Positions 24,215 to 37,113 of a stretch of DNA of 64,000 nucleotides are shown in pieces. Position numbers and translations under genes: made by a program. The notes beneath the pieces are model-generated. The model made no database searches, had not been told where the DNA came from, and saw only the letters and a list, made by a program, of their open reading frames with translations. The stretch is from Patellaria atrata CBS 101060 (taxonomy: Eukaryota), in contig MU006093.1 of NCBI GenBank assembly GCA_010093705.1, positions 65,785 through 129,784 of the forward strand. The letters run 5' to 3'. How positions within the stretch are numbered: the first letter of the stretch is position 1; every line of letters begins with the position of its first letter.

Positions 24215-24943
24215 TCAAGCTCTCCAAGGCGATTCATAGTACATGGGTGGTTGCTCCTCCTCGTAAGTTTCGTAAGTCTCCGGCGCTGAAACTGTATATG
24301 GGATACCGGAGGGCTTAGGGAGCGCCTCGGTCGGCCTCGGAATATAGTTTGGAGGCAAGTTGGGGACCTCGACGTCCGGCTTCTGCGGTGGGTAGCCATC
24401 TACCACGGTGTCGTAGCGACACAGCGACACGTAGATCGTTGCTTCCTCTAGGGCACAACCTTTGGTCGCAAAATCGTCTTTCGGGTGGTTGTACACGTCG
24501 CAGTCGTAGACGCCGGGAGGACAGTGGACCGCTTTGCACTCTGGCGGCCCGTACAGCTCCATCCCGTAGCCGAAGAAGGGGCAAGGTCCTCGGGCGTCGT
24601 TGATGCCGCAGTTGACGTTGGAGAGGTCGTAGTACCAATTGTTGTCGAGCGCGTAGCCGTATTCCAGCTGCGTGACTGGGAAGGGTTGATTGATACCGGC
24701 GAAGTTGACGAGCGTCTGTTGGGTGCAGAGCTTCACGTTCACGTTTCCATCGATGACTTGGTGAGGACAGGGGGGATAGTATGTGCCGCCAGGTGCGATG
24801 ATGGAGTCATATCCTTTAGGGTCTGACCCCTCTTTAAACTCGTAGGTGTATACGGGGAAACTGCAAAAGTTTGTAATGGCTATTGTCGCCGTCTGTGCCA
24901 CGCAGACTAGAGAGAGAAGAATGAGAGTGATGAATTGGAACAT
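24215..24943 (-). CDS. Secreted Cys-rich Bys1/thaumatin-like protein with a Pro/Glu/Tyr-rich tail
   Basis: Signal peptide; NFCSFPVY, VTQLEY, WYYDLSNVNC, CPF, YNHPKDD..TKGC pattern typical of the Bys1 family. Confidence 0.75.
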   Translation of the reverse strand: MFQFITLILLSLVCVAQTATIAITNFCSFPVYTYEFKEGSDPKGYDSIIAPGGTYYPPCPHQVIDGNVNVKLCTQQTLVNFAGINQPFPVTQLEYGYALDNNWYYDLSNVNCGINDARGPCPFFGYGMELYGPPECKAVHCPPGVYDCDVYNHPKDDFATKGCALEEATIYVSLCRYDTVVDGYPPQKPDVEVPNLPPNYIPRPTEALPKPSGIPYTVSAPETYETYEEEQPPMYYESPWRA

Positions 24944-26895
24944 CTTTGGTGGTGGATGTCCCTCCTGATTGAGTTTCTGAGATTGATAGAGTGATTGATG
25001 GAATGACTGTTGGAAAGATTGGAATATGTTGTGATGTTGAAAGCAAGAAGTCCTGAATGAGAGACTGTGCTGATTGACTGAAAAGAGTGAAATAATTGAG
25101 AGGAAAAGAAAACATTGTACTAACAGGAGACAAGAGGGTCTTTATACTCGCGGGAAAGCAGAGGCTTCGAGAGATCCTTCCAGCAGAGGTTTTGTTGGGA
25201 TCAAAACAAACATTGAACGACATGCTCCTGCAGGTGCTGACCTCCTAGGATACCAACCAACAACCTAATAAAGCATAGGTGTTTTGTGGACTTTCCACAC
25301 GTCCTGCATCTGTCTCCACGTCAAATTGCAGGTACGATTGGCTCAGGGGTTGTTTCCGGCGGGAACTGATGACTGATGGAACTGGGTTCCTGTCGGACTA
25401 AAGCAGTTTCCGATTATACCGGCATACAGTTTCGAAATCAACAGCTCGCAACTGCTACTTGTGCGCCTGTACATGACCGACATGAGGCGAAGCTCAACAA
25501 CAAGGTATAGTCCCACGTTTCCAGGGGTAATGATCTACTTAGTGTTAGCTTAGGTTACAGCTCAGAAGGTAAAAGGGGTATAGCATGAAATTGTCGCAGC
25601 TCCCTATAGGGCTTGACTATCAGCCCTGAAATGGTTCCATTGTCGCCGATAAATGATGCGTCTCGGACCGTCCCTTGCGGCTCCACAACTAGAGTCGGGC
25701 TACCGTAAAAGGGATAATCTCGGAACCCTTTGTGGATGTGGATATTTGTTCACATCAAGGTCGTCATACATCTAATCTCTCTCAAAGAGCATGACTAAGG
25801 CATTACTTCTGTCCATAGCTAGTTCATGGATAGGAATGCGTCATGGATTCATGGATTCGTTCTGGTACGATTTCTAGAGTTTGATCTACCTGGAAGAATC
25901 GATGGGGTGGAAAGGGGGAAGGGAAAGAATTTTCACTGTACAGGAACATGAAACGATCCCCAGTAGAATAAACGGCAGAAGATCTGTTCTTAAGTGATAT
26001 TCCTAACGGTAGGCTACCAACAACGAACATCTTATACCTGTTATTTGGTCAGTTTAGAGTCTATAACCCACATCAATGTTTTACCGTGAAAAATTACCCT
26101 TAAGTTTGAATTCTCCCACTTTCTAATATTGAGTCAAAAATGTTCTATTTCCTCTACATCGCCATCCTTCTAATACTTGGGATCTTTTTGTAAAAAATCA
26201 AAAATCGCGGTATTAAGGGAGATATGGCAACCTAACAAAACTTATTTGAACCTGCCGTACGTAATCAGCCCCAAGTTTACGCTCTCTACGCTCATTACCA
26301 TACTATAGCCGCTCACGTCCGTTGTCTTCACTCAACTGGCCATGACCGTGCAACCCTATAACACTGTTAGTGATCTTTCACAGTCTATTAAACGTAATAT
26401 CTAACCACCAGAATAGTTTACCTGGGTGACTTGCTTTTGCGACTCAACCACGACCCTCCAGATCATGACGGTATTCGCCCTCGTGTGCTGTTTTTGTGCC
26501 CTTATGGCACTCGGTCTCTACATAATTATCGGCATCGAGGTTTGCTCGTACGGTTTGCAACAACATGCTTAGCGAACGCTCGCAGAGGTGTGAGTTATGA
26601 ATTCTGTTCTTCCCCTTCATGTTAACACTCCTCGATTGCTGTACGTTTGATATACTTTGCTCGGTGGGCACTCACGCTAAGACCCCGAAACCAATTCGAA
26701 GTTATGCACAGCGTTAGTATTGTACCGCAGGCTATTCGATGTACAGTACAGTTTGATCATGTACACACTGTCACGGGTTAGACCCGATAGGTATAAGTGC
26801 CTTGGATGATCCAGCGGCTTAGCTATGCTATACTTAAATAGAACAACTTACGTTGTTCTGGCACTTTCTCTTACATTCTTTCCTTAAGTTTAAGC

Positions 26896-26995
26896 NNNNN
26901 NNNNNNNNNNNNNNNNNNNNNNNNNNNNNNNNNNNNNNNNNNNNNNNNNNNNNNNNNNNNNNNNNNNNNNNNNNNNNNNNNNNNNNNNNNNNNNN
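26896..26995. other. Assembly gap (100 N) flanked by a duplicated 19-mer
   Basis: TCTTTCCTTAAGTTTAAGC at 26877-26895 and 26996-27014. Confidence 0.95.
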
Positions 26996-27237
26996 TCTTT
27001 CCTTAAGTTTAAGCTTCATGTACATACAGCAATATACCTTTCAGCTCTCATCTGAGGTTGAGCCTTGACACACACTCGTGGACAGCGGAGCTGGTGACAA
27101 TTTTTAGATCAAGGGTTCAGTATGTTAGGAGGTACCCCGGCAAGGGAAAAGAATGGGGCAGGATATTCTGTTCACTAATGCTTTCTTACTTCTCAGGTTA
27201 TATAAGGATTGCAAACCTGTCTCGCTCGCGCCCGTAG

Positions 27238-28252
27238 CTACAAACTAATGCAATCCCTTGTATTATCTTCCACGAATATTCCTCCAAAAGTCTGCGCTTC
27301 CTTTCGGGTCAGGTGCTCTTGATACCCGTCAAAGATTCCTGTCTTCGTTTCCGTGGGCTTCTTTGCGATACCTAGTTGGAAGTGTCCATTGCTGACGGTA
27401 TTTTTGTTCAAGGTGACGGAGGTGACGGGGACAAGGGGAGCTTCGCCAACGGAGTAGAAGATTTGAAGTGTGCTAACTAGATTAGAGGATAGTTACGTTT
27501 GAGGAGAAGGTGAGAGAGAGGTTACTTCATATCAAAATCCATAGTAACCGCAAAATTCTGCCAACCTACACTTCATTCAGCCTCTCACACTCAAAACATA
27601 TCGAGTGAAGAAACTCACCTCTCCACATAATCTCCTGTCCCCAAACCTCCTCTCCCTTCGCATTCAACACATGCCACCTCTCCCGTCGTTCCTTCGTCCC
27701 CCCGGTCTCCCCACTCCCCAGCACCCACCCTTGTCTCACACTCCACGCCATCTCCTCATCTTCCACTCCCAAGCCCCCGTACCACACATTCACATATTCG
27801 TGCGTCAAGTTCAGCATCTTGGTCAAATCCTGCTGCACGCTCCAATGAAACGCCATCCTCCCTTTTCCCCTCCTATTTTCCAGAACCTCCACCACCAACC
27901 CCGCCCTTTTGACCATCTCCACCTTGTCACTCCTCTTCACAACGCTTGAATCATTGATACTGACGGTGACACCCTTGAATTCCCGTCCATCGAAGCGGGA
28001 ATACGGGTACGAGGGAGGGAAGTCCAGGATCTGCGACCACTTCTGATCGGAAGCTTTGACGGAGAGGGACGAGAAGGGGAAGAGGCGCGGGCTATCGAAG
28101 GAAGAGAGGGAATAGTTATTAGGTAACAGTGCGGAGGCGATTGTTGGACATGCCGCGACTGCGCGGGGAATAGGAAATGGAGCCGAGGATGGGAGGGCGG
28201 AGGTGACGGCGGGAAGGAGAAGGAAGAGCATAGGAAAGAGTGACGTAAACAT
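27238..28252 (-). CDS. Secreted glycoside hydrolase family 131-like protein, three exons
   Basis: Signal peptide; VSINDSS..KRAGL..FHWSVQQD..LNLTHEYVNVW; removing two introns (about 27566-27618 and 27475-27525) gives GWQNFAVTMDF-NTLQIFYS..HFQLGIAKKP..GYQE..QTFGGIFVED..CISL and a stop at 27238-27240. Confidence 0.8.
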
Positions 28253-28938
28253 TTTGTAGGGAGAGAGTGACGGGAGGTGGTCTGCAACGAGTAATGTTTT
28301 TTACAGGTTAGGTATGGTGTTGGAAAGAAGAGCGAAAGGAAAAGCAAAGGAAATACTGAGGTTACATATGTCGTACAATCCCCTGCGGAGGAACAAGTCT
28401 CTACCTGATACAATCCTCAGACAAACCTTTCGACCAGCATGGTTTGATATCCTTCAAATACCAAACCTAGATTGCAAGCGCAACAATGGTTGCAGTGGTG
28501 TGTAATCATATTATCTGATCCTGCGCAGACGAGTTTTCGACAAGCTCCACGAACCAAGCGGGTTAAAAAGCTTCGACATGGTAGGGTTGGGGAGTTCGAA
28601 TCGTGGAGGATAGTACTCAATCGCGAATATATTTATATGAAGTTAGGAGTTCAGCCGAGAGGGTCCTTGTAGCTTGCCAGATTCCGATGTAGATCCATAA
28701 GAGTACAATCAATATGCATTACATCCTATTTAAGCGAGGAACGATTTCAGTGAAATAGCTATTCATTTTGATGATTGTACAGTATAGTACATCTACGGAA
28801 TCGATTAGAAGTTCAATGCAAGACCAATTGTCCCTCCGATGTGAGGATACCTGATAGGGTAGATGTAATCCCAAAAGTAAGCCTCCGATTACCCCAATGA
28901 TTTACATGATGAATTGGCAGGTATAGTTGATTCCAACG

Positions 28939-28978
28939 CCAGTCGCCAGTCACCAGTCGCCAGTCACCAGTCGCCAGT
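28939..28978. repeat. 7-bp tandem repeat (CCAGTCR)n in the Mit1 3' region
   Basis: CCAGTCG and CCAGTCA alternate, about 5.7 units. Confidence 0.9.
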
Positions 28979-29031
28979 TCCAAGTGAAAATATCTCCAAA
29001 GCCCCCAAGCCCCCCGGGAGGTAGTTCAGGT

Positions 29032-32000
29032 CTAAGATGCACCCGAAAATCCACCTTTCGCCAACGCCAAGGTCAATCTCTCCTCTACCGGAACTGTATT
29101 CTCCTTTGCGCCTTCACCGTGTAGACTCACTCCTGATGCCTTTTCAGCATCCCTCTTCTTCTTTTGCACCAACGTCCCTTTAACACCTCTCAGATACTTT
29201 ACCGCGCTCTCGACCATATGTCGTGGTTCTGGGCTATGCTTTAGAGCTTGGATCATCTGGATCACCTGTGTTTCCGAGTTGATGTGTGGACACGAACGCT
29301 GATGACCAAAATGTGCTAGACCACATAGTCCGCAGTGTTCAACACCCGACACCTTTAGTGGACAGGCTCCTGTGGCATGAGGATGACCGCAGGCGCGACA
29401 CGGAGCATGAAGGCGTTGTCTAGTATCGGGGGTGTATTCGAACGTCTTGAAAGCTGGTGAGCGTGCACGGCGATATGGTTTGACTAACCAAAACAAAATC
29501 AGATCTTGAACAGAGAATCGGGCCTAGGGGATGAGACTTACCACGAGGATTGTTGTACATAGACGGTGCCCTCTTGCCCGAAGTCTTCAGCTTGGGGACC
29601 TGTTCCTTCTCCGGCTCTGGCCTAAGATCTTTGAACTCGTTTTCTTCCACGGACTGAGGTTCGCCTTCGCTCTCTTCTTGGCTTTCTTCGTCGAGGAAAT
29701 CAGTATCACTGTCACGTCTAACCTTCCGTTGACGAGCTCGGTGAAGCTTTTCGGGCACGAAGACGTCTCTGGCGGTGTCATTGATGGCTTTATCGGTAAC
29801 ATCATTGACAGTGTCGTGGACGATTTCACCTTCAATGGCGTAGTCCACAGCCTAATGAAATGTCAGTTTGGTTGCTGTCCATAAATCGTACTCTACATAC
29901 CAATCGAGCTCGTTTTCCTCTACCGAGAGCTTGTTCTCGAGCAGCGGCTTCTGCAGCAGCTTTCTGGGCTCTCTCTTTGAGAATAGCATCCCACATGGAC
30001 GGATCTGGGGCCTTTTCCTGTATTTCCAACGTATCCTGAAGTTTTGAATCATCATTCGCCCACACCCTAGCGAAACTGAACTGTGACTCCGCACTATTGT
30101 CATCGCCCGATTTTGTGTTTTCGATCTGGCTCCGGTCAAGTAACTTGTCTACAGAAAGAGAATCATAGAGAATATCCTTTTCCTCACCACCATCCTGGAA
30201 CAGCTCCGCAGCACCATGCTTTAAAACAGATTCGAGATCTTGTTCCTCGAGGTCGTCAGCTTCTAATGATTCAACAACGACATGGTCAAGAGCCATCTTC
30301 TTACGGCCAATCTGCACAATCTTCTCTTCCACGCTTGAGCGCGTCATCAACTGGAAGCAAAGGACTTTCTTCTTTTGACCGATTCGATGAGCACGGGACA
30401 AGGCTTGAATATCTTGATGGGGATTGAAATCAGGGTCCAGAATTATGACCGTGTCGGCAGTTGCTAAATTGATACCAACTCCACCTGCACGGGTCGAGAG
30501 TAAGAACGCAAAGAGAGGAGAGTCAGGAGCATTGTATTCGTCAATCCGCTTTTGCTTTTCAAGAGACGTTATTGTACCATCAAGCCGCTGGCACCGCATC
30601 TCTAGTCCGTCTAGAAAGTCCTCTACTATATCGAGCATGTCGAGAAACTGAGAGAACAGCAAAACACGATGCCCACGCTCTTTCAGTTTCGGTAGTAAAA
30701 CCTCGAGAAGTTGTAGTTTGGTTGATGCATCGACAAGATTACGGTGAGACGTAGCTAACACATCAGTCCGTTCCTCAATCTCACGACTGTATACGAAAGG
30801 ATGGCAGAGGCACTTCCGCAACTGCATCAAAATGTTACTGAGGTTGCCTTTCTCATTAGACTTTAGACCCCGGTTTGCTGCGAACAAGGCCCGTAGAAGC
30901 TCTGGACTCTTTGCTAAGATTGATTTGTATAATTCCTTCTGCAAAGTGCTCATAGTAAGAGGCACAATGATCTGAGCCATTGAGGGGAGAAACGTAAGCA
31001 CCTGGGCCTTTGTGCGACGAAGGATGAAAGGGCGGATGAGATCATGTAGCTTTGTGATGTTCTCTGCCGTCATTTCTGAATATTCTTCCTCGAGTGCAGC
31101 AGCATCGACGTCGTCGCTCAAGAATTGAAGAAGATTGAACAACTCGCGAGCATTGTTTTGTAATGGGGTACCAGTGAGCAGAACTCTAAAAGGAATCCTT
31201 AGGTCGTTCAATGCTCCGTAGAGTAAGCTCTTATCGTTCTTGAGCCGCTGGCCTTCATCCACAATAAGACCAACCCAGGGAACGCCACGGAAGAATTTGC
31301 GAGAGCTATCGTCTGCTACAGCGTCGTAAGACGTTACTACAACGTGACAGCGGAGATCTTTAGCTCCTTCCGGGTACATTTCATGCTGATAAGCCATTGT
31401 TCGAGCTTGTGATGATCCAAAGTAAGTGACCACTCGCAACGATGGTGCCCACTGTTTGATTTCTCTCCTCCAGTTTGCGCAGGTAGAGTTCGGAACGACG
31501 ACGAGGAATGGAAAACAGTTTTGATCTTGAACCTGTGGGGAATTAGTGGGTTTTTCTAAAAGCGAATTGAGTCACTTACCATCGTTACGAGGAAAGCAAT
31601 GACTTGTATGGTCTTTCCAAGCCCCATCTCATCGGCTAGAATGCCGTTATTCTTTGTGTACCATTGATAGTATAGCCAGTTTAGGCCGTCTATCTGATAC
31701 TTCATCAACTCTCCCCCAACTAGATTCTCTGGTTGCTTCTTCCTCTCCAATTTAGTGAAAGGCTGCGCTCTAGCCTTTTCCACGCGAGCTTTTAGAGGAC
31801 CCGACTTGGGACAATGAGTATATCTGCCCAATACCCAGTCATCATAAGCTTTGACAAAATCAGTCCACCGGTCACCATCATCTGGACCCGGGACTTTCTC
31901 CCACACTGCATCCTCATATCCTAGGCCTTTGTATTTGATCAGAGCTTCGTCGACTTCCTTGATACGTGCTTTATCGATGTCTTCGGTTCGAATGGGAACA

Positions 32001-34068
32001 ATTGAAGTAAATCGAACGTCAAGTACAATATCAATGCGGAGATACTCTTCTGGGATTGCGTCTTCCGTCCTCATCTTAGGACTAGTCTCTTTCTTGAAGA
32101 AGGCCTTACGCATAGCCGACGCAGTAACGCCCCATACCCAAGCTCCAGGCATCCATGTCGCTCGAAAGTAGGATAAATTTTCCCACTTGATGAGATAAGC
32201 TTTATCATCTTCATATATGCTATCGCAGGAAGAGCCGGCTACGTAAGCATCCTCATCGGTTGGCTTCCAGGCGATAATACCAGCCACTTTAGCTGGTGCG
32301 TTGATGCAGTCGAAGCAAGTCCAGTCCGTACTATATTCGTTGAATCGATAGTCAGCAAGTTCTGAATCATCTCCAGTAAGATCCATCTGATGAGGCGCCC
32401 TTGAAATCAAGTGATGGAAATGAAAAGCACGAGAACACCGTGCGCAACGAAACAATACATTATCCGCGTTGTTGATGAGATCGGAGTCGACGTATACAAC
32501 TGGATCCTCGCCTTGATTATCTTCACGTTCACGTTGTTCTTGGAGAGCAGTCTTGCGTTGGCGAAAAGGAACACAGGAGCTCCCAGTTGCATGGCAGTCT
32601 TGACACATCGCATGGTTGGGGGCTATTGGCTCGCGTCGTTGATTTGTATTAATGCAGCGGCGGCATTGTAGGACATAATCATCCTCCGCGATTTTGGTAA
32701 CCAAGTGGTCTCGAGAATTTCGAGGACCCAAGCAGTGCTTGTGATACGATGAAACACAGCCTTGGCAGTAGATAAGTTGGCCAGTTGCACTTCCATTACC
32801 GCATGATTCGCATTGGGAGATATGACGCTGTCTGAATTCATTCGTCCGCGGTAGCACTTGGAAGTTCTCCTTAAGTCCCGTAGCTTTTGGAGCAACCTTG
32901 ACTCGAGGTTCGGAGTCTGAACGGTAAATATCGTCGACGCCAATCTCCTCCATATTAGTCTGGGTTTTATTCGCGCGGCCAGAACGACGAGTGCCTTCGC
33001 GAATGATCTTCCGGGTTCGGGTAGAGAGACGCCCTGGACCAGTCGCCCGTGTTCTCTTACGTTTGCGTGCTGAGAGTATAGACTGCGGGATACCATCGTC
33101 GTCAGAGCTACCACTTTCTTCTTCTTCGGACTCCAAGTTATAGCTTTCCTGGTAATTCTTGTTCTGAAGGAACTTTAGACCACTTGAAAAACGAGTTGTG
33201 CGCCCAGAAGTGCGCCGGGAAGCGGTCTCAGAGGAGGTATGAGATGATCGCCCGGATTCAGATCTCGCCCGGGCACTCTGACGAGCTGCTGCTCTCGAAC
33301 TTCTGGAAGAATCGTTTCCATTTCGTATAAGAGTTAGTAGTGTACCTTGTTTGCGCTTGTCTCTTGTAACCGGCTCAGCTGCAAGCTCGTCCTCTGATGA
33401 AGCAGAGGAGGATACTTCAATATCAGTGATATCCACGAAGTTAGAATTCTGATTGGACTTCGCCTTCCTGTTTCTGGGTTGGACTGGCATCTCGCCCTGC
33501 TCTGAATCCTGAGATGGCGGGTCGGTGTTGTAAATGTTGAGAGCTTTCTGTCCGTTAGGTAGCTTGATGAGTTTTTCGAAAGTGACCTTGATTGTAGCAA
33601 TTAGTTGCGATCAGCTCGCGTTTTATGAAAAAGCAGATGCAGAGATTTCGGTAGAGGGGGTAAGATGAAAGTAAATACAAAGTTTGTTTCTGGACATGTG
33701 ACTGAAAGTCGAGGCAGAAGGTAAACACGCGTTGAAAATGAGAAATGACTCACCACCTCTGTGTGGTTATCTTCAAACCTCACTTTGTATATCACTTCTT
33801 CACTACCCTCCTCTTCACGAATGACCTTCTCAACCCTATCTTCCTCTTCAAATCGCACATATTCTGTCGTATCGAATATAGGAGGGATCTCCGCCGCTAC
33901 CAATTTGGCCTTAGCTATGGGTTCCTTTCTGAATTCAATCACCATCGTGGATGAATCGGAATCGCTGAGCGAATTAAAGAGTGAATTGAGTGGGTTGTTT
34001 CTAGTAGTTCGAGAATGCGAACGGGGCTGTTTGGGGCCTTTAGAGGCGCTGGACGATTCGTTTGACAT
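29032..34068 (-). CDS. mit1: Mit1/Mi-2-type CHD chromatin remodeler (PHD-like fingers, chromodomains, SNF2 ATPase, C-terminal zinc fingers)
   Basis: [70 protein letters not shown]-terminal CRAC..H..C and [10 protein letters not shown]; introns 33587-33753, 31533-31579, 29852-29900, 29484-29541. Confidence 0.88.
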
Positions 34069-34477
34069 AGTTGTCTACAGTAAAAGGGTTCCTTGTGACA
34101 CAACGAGGGAAAGAAAGTTTGAGAAAGTGAATGTTGAGTATGAACTTCGCCGGTAGCCATGCAAGTAACGAGAAGCTAGATGTTTATAAAGGAAGAGAAC
34201 TGGCTCAATCCAGCGACTCATGAGGAAACTGAATTGTACAGAATTGTACCCGAACGGTTCCAAAGAAATCCTCCTTCGGTGAAGAGGAGCGATCATGCTT
34301 CCTGAAGTTATCAGACGCTGTCGTCTGGAAGTTGACCCGATGAGATTGAGCACGCCGATGGGAGCTAACTTTATAGAGCACAGACCACAATGAGCTCCGA
34401 TCTCAAATTTCTGAAGAGCTCCCGTCCCATTATGTTTGCTCCTGAGTCTTCCAAGAGACTGTCACAATGCTACGGTC

Positions 34478-36518
34478 ATGATTACTTCTGTTTTGAGACC
34501 TTCCACAGCATTGTCTAGGTTGATACATCCAGGTGAAGCTTCATTGTTGTCGAGACGACGCATATCCATAAATCAAGCCATCAACAAAGGCATCAGACGG
34601 TCGTCTGCTCCAGAACGAAAAGACCGTCGAGATGGCCAAGGACCTCCTATTAAGGCCGTTCGGATACCAAAAGAGAAACCTCCAGGGCGTCATACCCTTC
34701 GACGGGAAGCTCACAAATTAAGAAAGAGCGCCGATGACCATTTCCAGCGCTTATCAACGTCTAATGGCAGTTGGTCTTCCAGAATTACCCCACACGGGCG
34801 AAGTCCACACGATGTTAGCAAGAAGGGAGATTTTTCAACTCGCCACGCATTCCAGAGTGTATCATCCTCTGGAAGATGGCACGAAGAATCTCGCTCGCGA
34901 GGAGACAATCGAGCAAAATCGCTAGCTTCGGAATCACCAATGTCGCGACCTCGCTCTTCAAGGCCAGATTTTAATTCTAGGTCATCGAATCAACCAGATC
35001 GACGAATTGATCCGAGACCCTCTACCCGTCCAAATGAACGGCAATCCCCTGCACGTGGAGAGGAGCGTTTGAGATCCAATGTCAAATATCGTTCAAGATC
35101 AGAACATGTGGGAGATGTAGAAATAGTAGGCAAGCAAAGAGAGCGTCAATTTACCGAACGGAGGGATGCATGGCCAAAATTGGGAGGGTCAGACCGCATA
35201 CGGGAGCATACTTATAAGTCAGAAAACGAACCTTCGGAGCAAGTGCCTCGCACGAGGAAGGGGGAAGAACGGGACGACAAGACTAGCATTTCAGGAAGCA
35301 GTTTTCATAGGAACAAAGTTCCTCTTTCTGTTCCCCACACTACTGCCGCTTCTGAATTCCTATACGGTAGTTCGGCTGTTCTCGCAGCTCTTAAAGCAAA
35401 GCAGAGAAAGATATACAAATTATACGTGCATCCACGGGCTGAGAATTTTGAGTCCGGAGAGAGTTCTACATCCTTGGCACGAATTGCCCGTGCATCCGGC
35501 ATCGACGTAAAGAATGTCAGTGATAACTGGATCCCAGTCATGGATAAAATGAGTGGTGGAAGGCCGCATAATGTTTGTTATCTTGATCTCCTCTATGCAT
35601 TCATATACTTACAAATGCGCTTAGGGTTGTATTCTCGACTGCTCGCCCTTACCCCGTCTACCCATCACTGCACTTCAGTCCTTTTCTGTCACGGATGGCA
35701 GATTTACCGTTAGGGTATCCCATCAATCCCGCGAGGAGAAAGAGATAAACGGGCAGAACGGCTTCATAAAATATGAAAGTCATGGTTGGCGCAAGCCATT
35801 TGTGCTTTTTCTCGACAGTATTGTATGTTGTAAAGCTTGAGTCATTTTAAGCCAGCTAACATCTTGGACTAGCTTGATCCTGGCAATTTGGGAGCAATTC
35901 TTCGTACGGCTTACTTTCTAGGTGTAGATGCCGTGGCTATGTCTACGCGAAACATGTAAGTTTCCTCTACATCTTTGCTGGAAATATTTTGTTGACTTTC
36001 ATAGTGCGCCGTTGAATGCTGTTGCGCTCAAAGCATCTGCTGGTGCAGCCGAAGGTGTTAAGTTACTCTCTGTGTCAGATCCTGTCTCCTTCTTAGAGTC
36101 TAGCGGATCGCATGGTTGGCAAATATATGCTGCTTCATCTATAGTATCTACCTCTTCTGGTCCACGCGGTAGTTCCTCGGGCCAAGATGCATATTCTGAT
36201 TCTTCTATCACCTTCACCAAGTCTAAAACTCCCTTCAAAAGACTTCCGGACCACAACCCTCTTGCCACTCATCCGACAATTCTCATGCTCGGCAGCGAAG
36301 GTACCGGATTGAGAGGAGCTTTACTTGCGAAAGCGCAATATAATGTTGGCATTACAGCTGCCAAAAGCTCGATTGACCTCGGGGTGGACAGCCTCAATGT
36401 CAGTGTGGCAGCTGCAATTCTATCCATGAGGTTCATGAGACCACCAAAGAGGTCTAAATCAAACAATCTTGAAGGGAATTTTCTTGAAGATAGCAAGGGG
36501 CTTGGCTTCGAATTGTAA
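34478..36518 (+). CDS. MRM1: Mitochondrial rRNA methyltransferase 1 (SpoU/TrmH family), multi-exon
   Basis: Arg-rich presequence; EFLYGSSAVLAAL; SGGRPHN; LDSI-LDPGNLGAILRTAYFLG; LKASAGAAE; GSEGTGLR; VDSLNVSVAAAIL. Confidence 0.9.
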
Positions 36519-37113
36519 GGTCCAGAGTTAGTTTTGGATTGTGCCCATAGTTGAAAGCGGCACTCTAATACTGTGTATTTACCTGTATATTTACGTTGTA
36601 GTTATAATATTATGGACTTCAATTTCAAATCCTACGATACGGAGTATCTTCGTTCGATACTCTATTGTCTCCTTATTACTAGACACCAGAAAATGATGGC
36701 GATAGTTCTATTCTAGTTCTATTCTAGTTGTATCTCTTCGCTCGCCATATTTGGCACCGCTCGATTCCTATCAAGGTACGGAGTACGCTTGCTATACTCT
36801 ACCTGGGCGACACTCACGCTAAAATCTCGAAAGATGTTGGGCGTTATGTACTGTATTGGTATTATACAACTGATAGCCCATTTCTACAGTATAGTTTGAC
36901 CTCGAGATCCAGTACACACAGAGGAGTGGGGGCAACCAAGCGTAGAACTACAGTAACTTTTTTGATTATGAGGAGTGCCCTGGCAAGGGCTTACACAGCC
37001 CCAAACAGGCTCCTCGCAAGTCGCAACACGAATAAATAACCTTGAGGCTGCAGAGCAGAACACCATTCAGAAGGAAAGCTTTTTGCGAACAATATACCAG
37101 GAAATAAAGACTC

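Noticed and set aside
26258..26275. TACGTAATCAG resembling a pogo/Fot1-family TIR start
   Set aside because: No partner inverted repeat or transposase remnant nearby.
28590..28610. GTTCGAATC tRNA T-loop-like motif
   Set aside because: No T-stem pairing, cloverleaf or A-box upstream.
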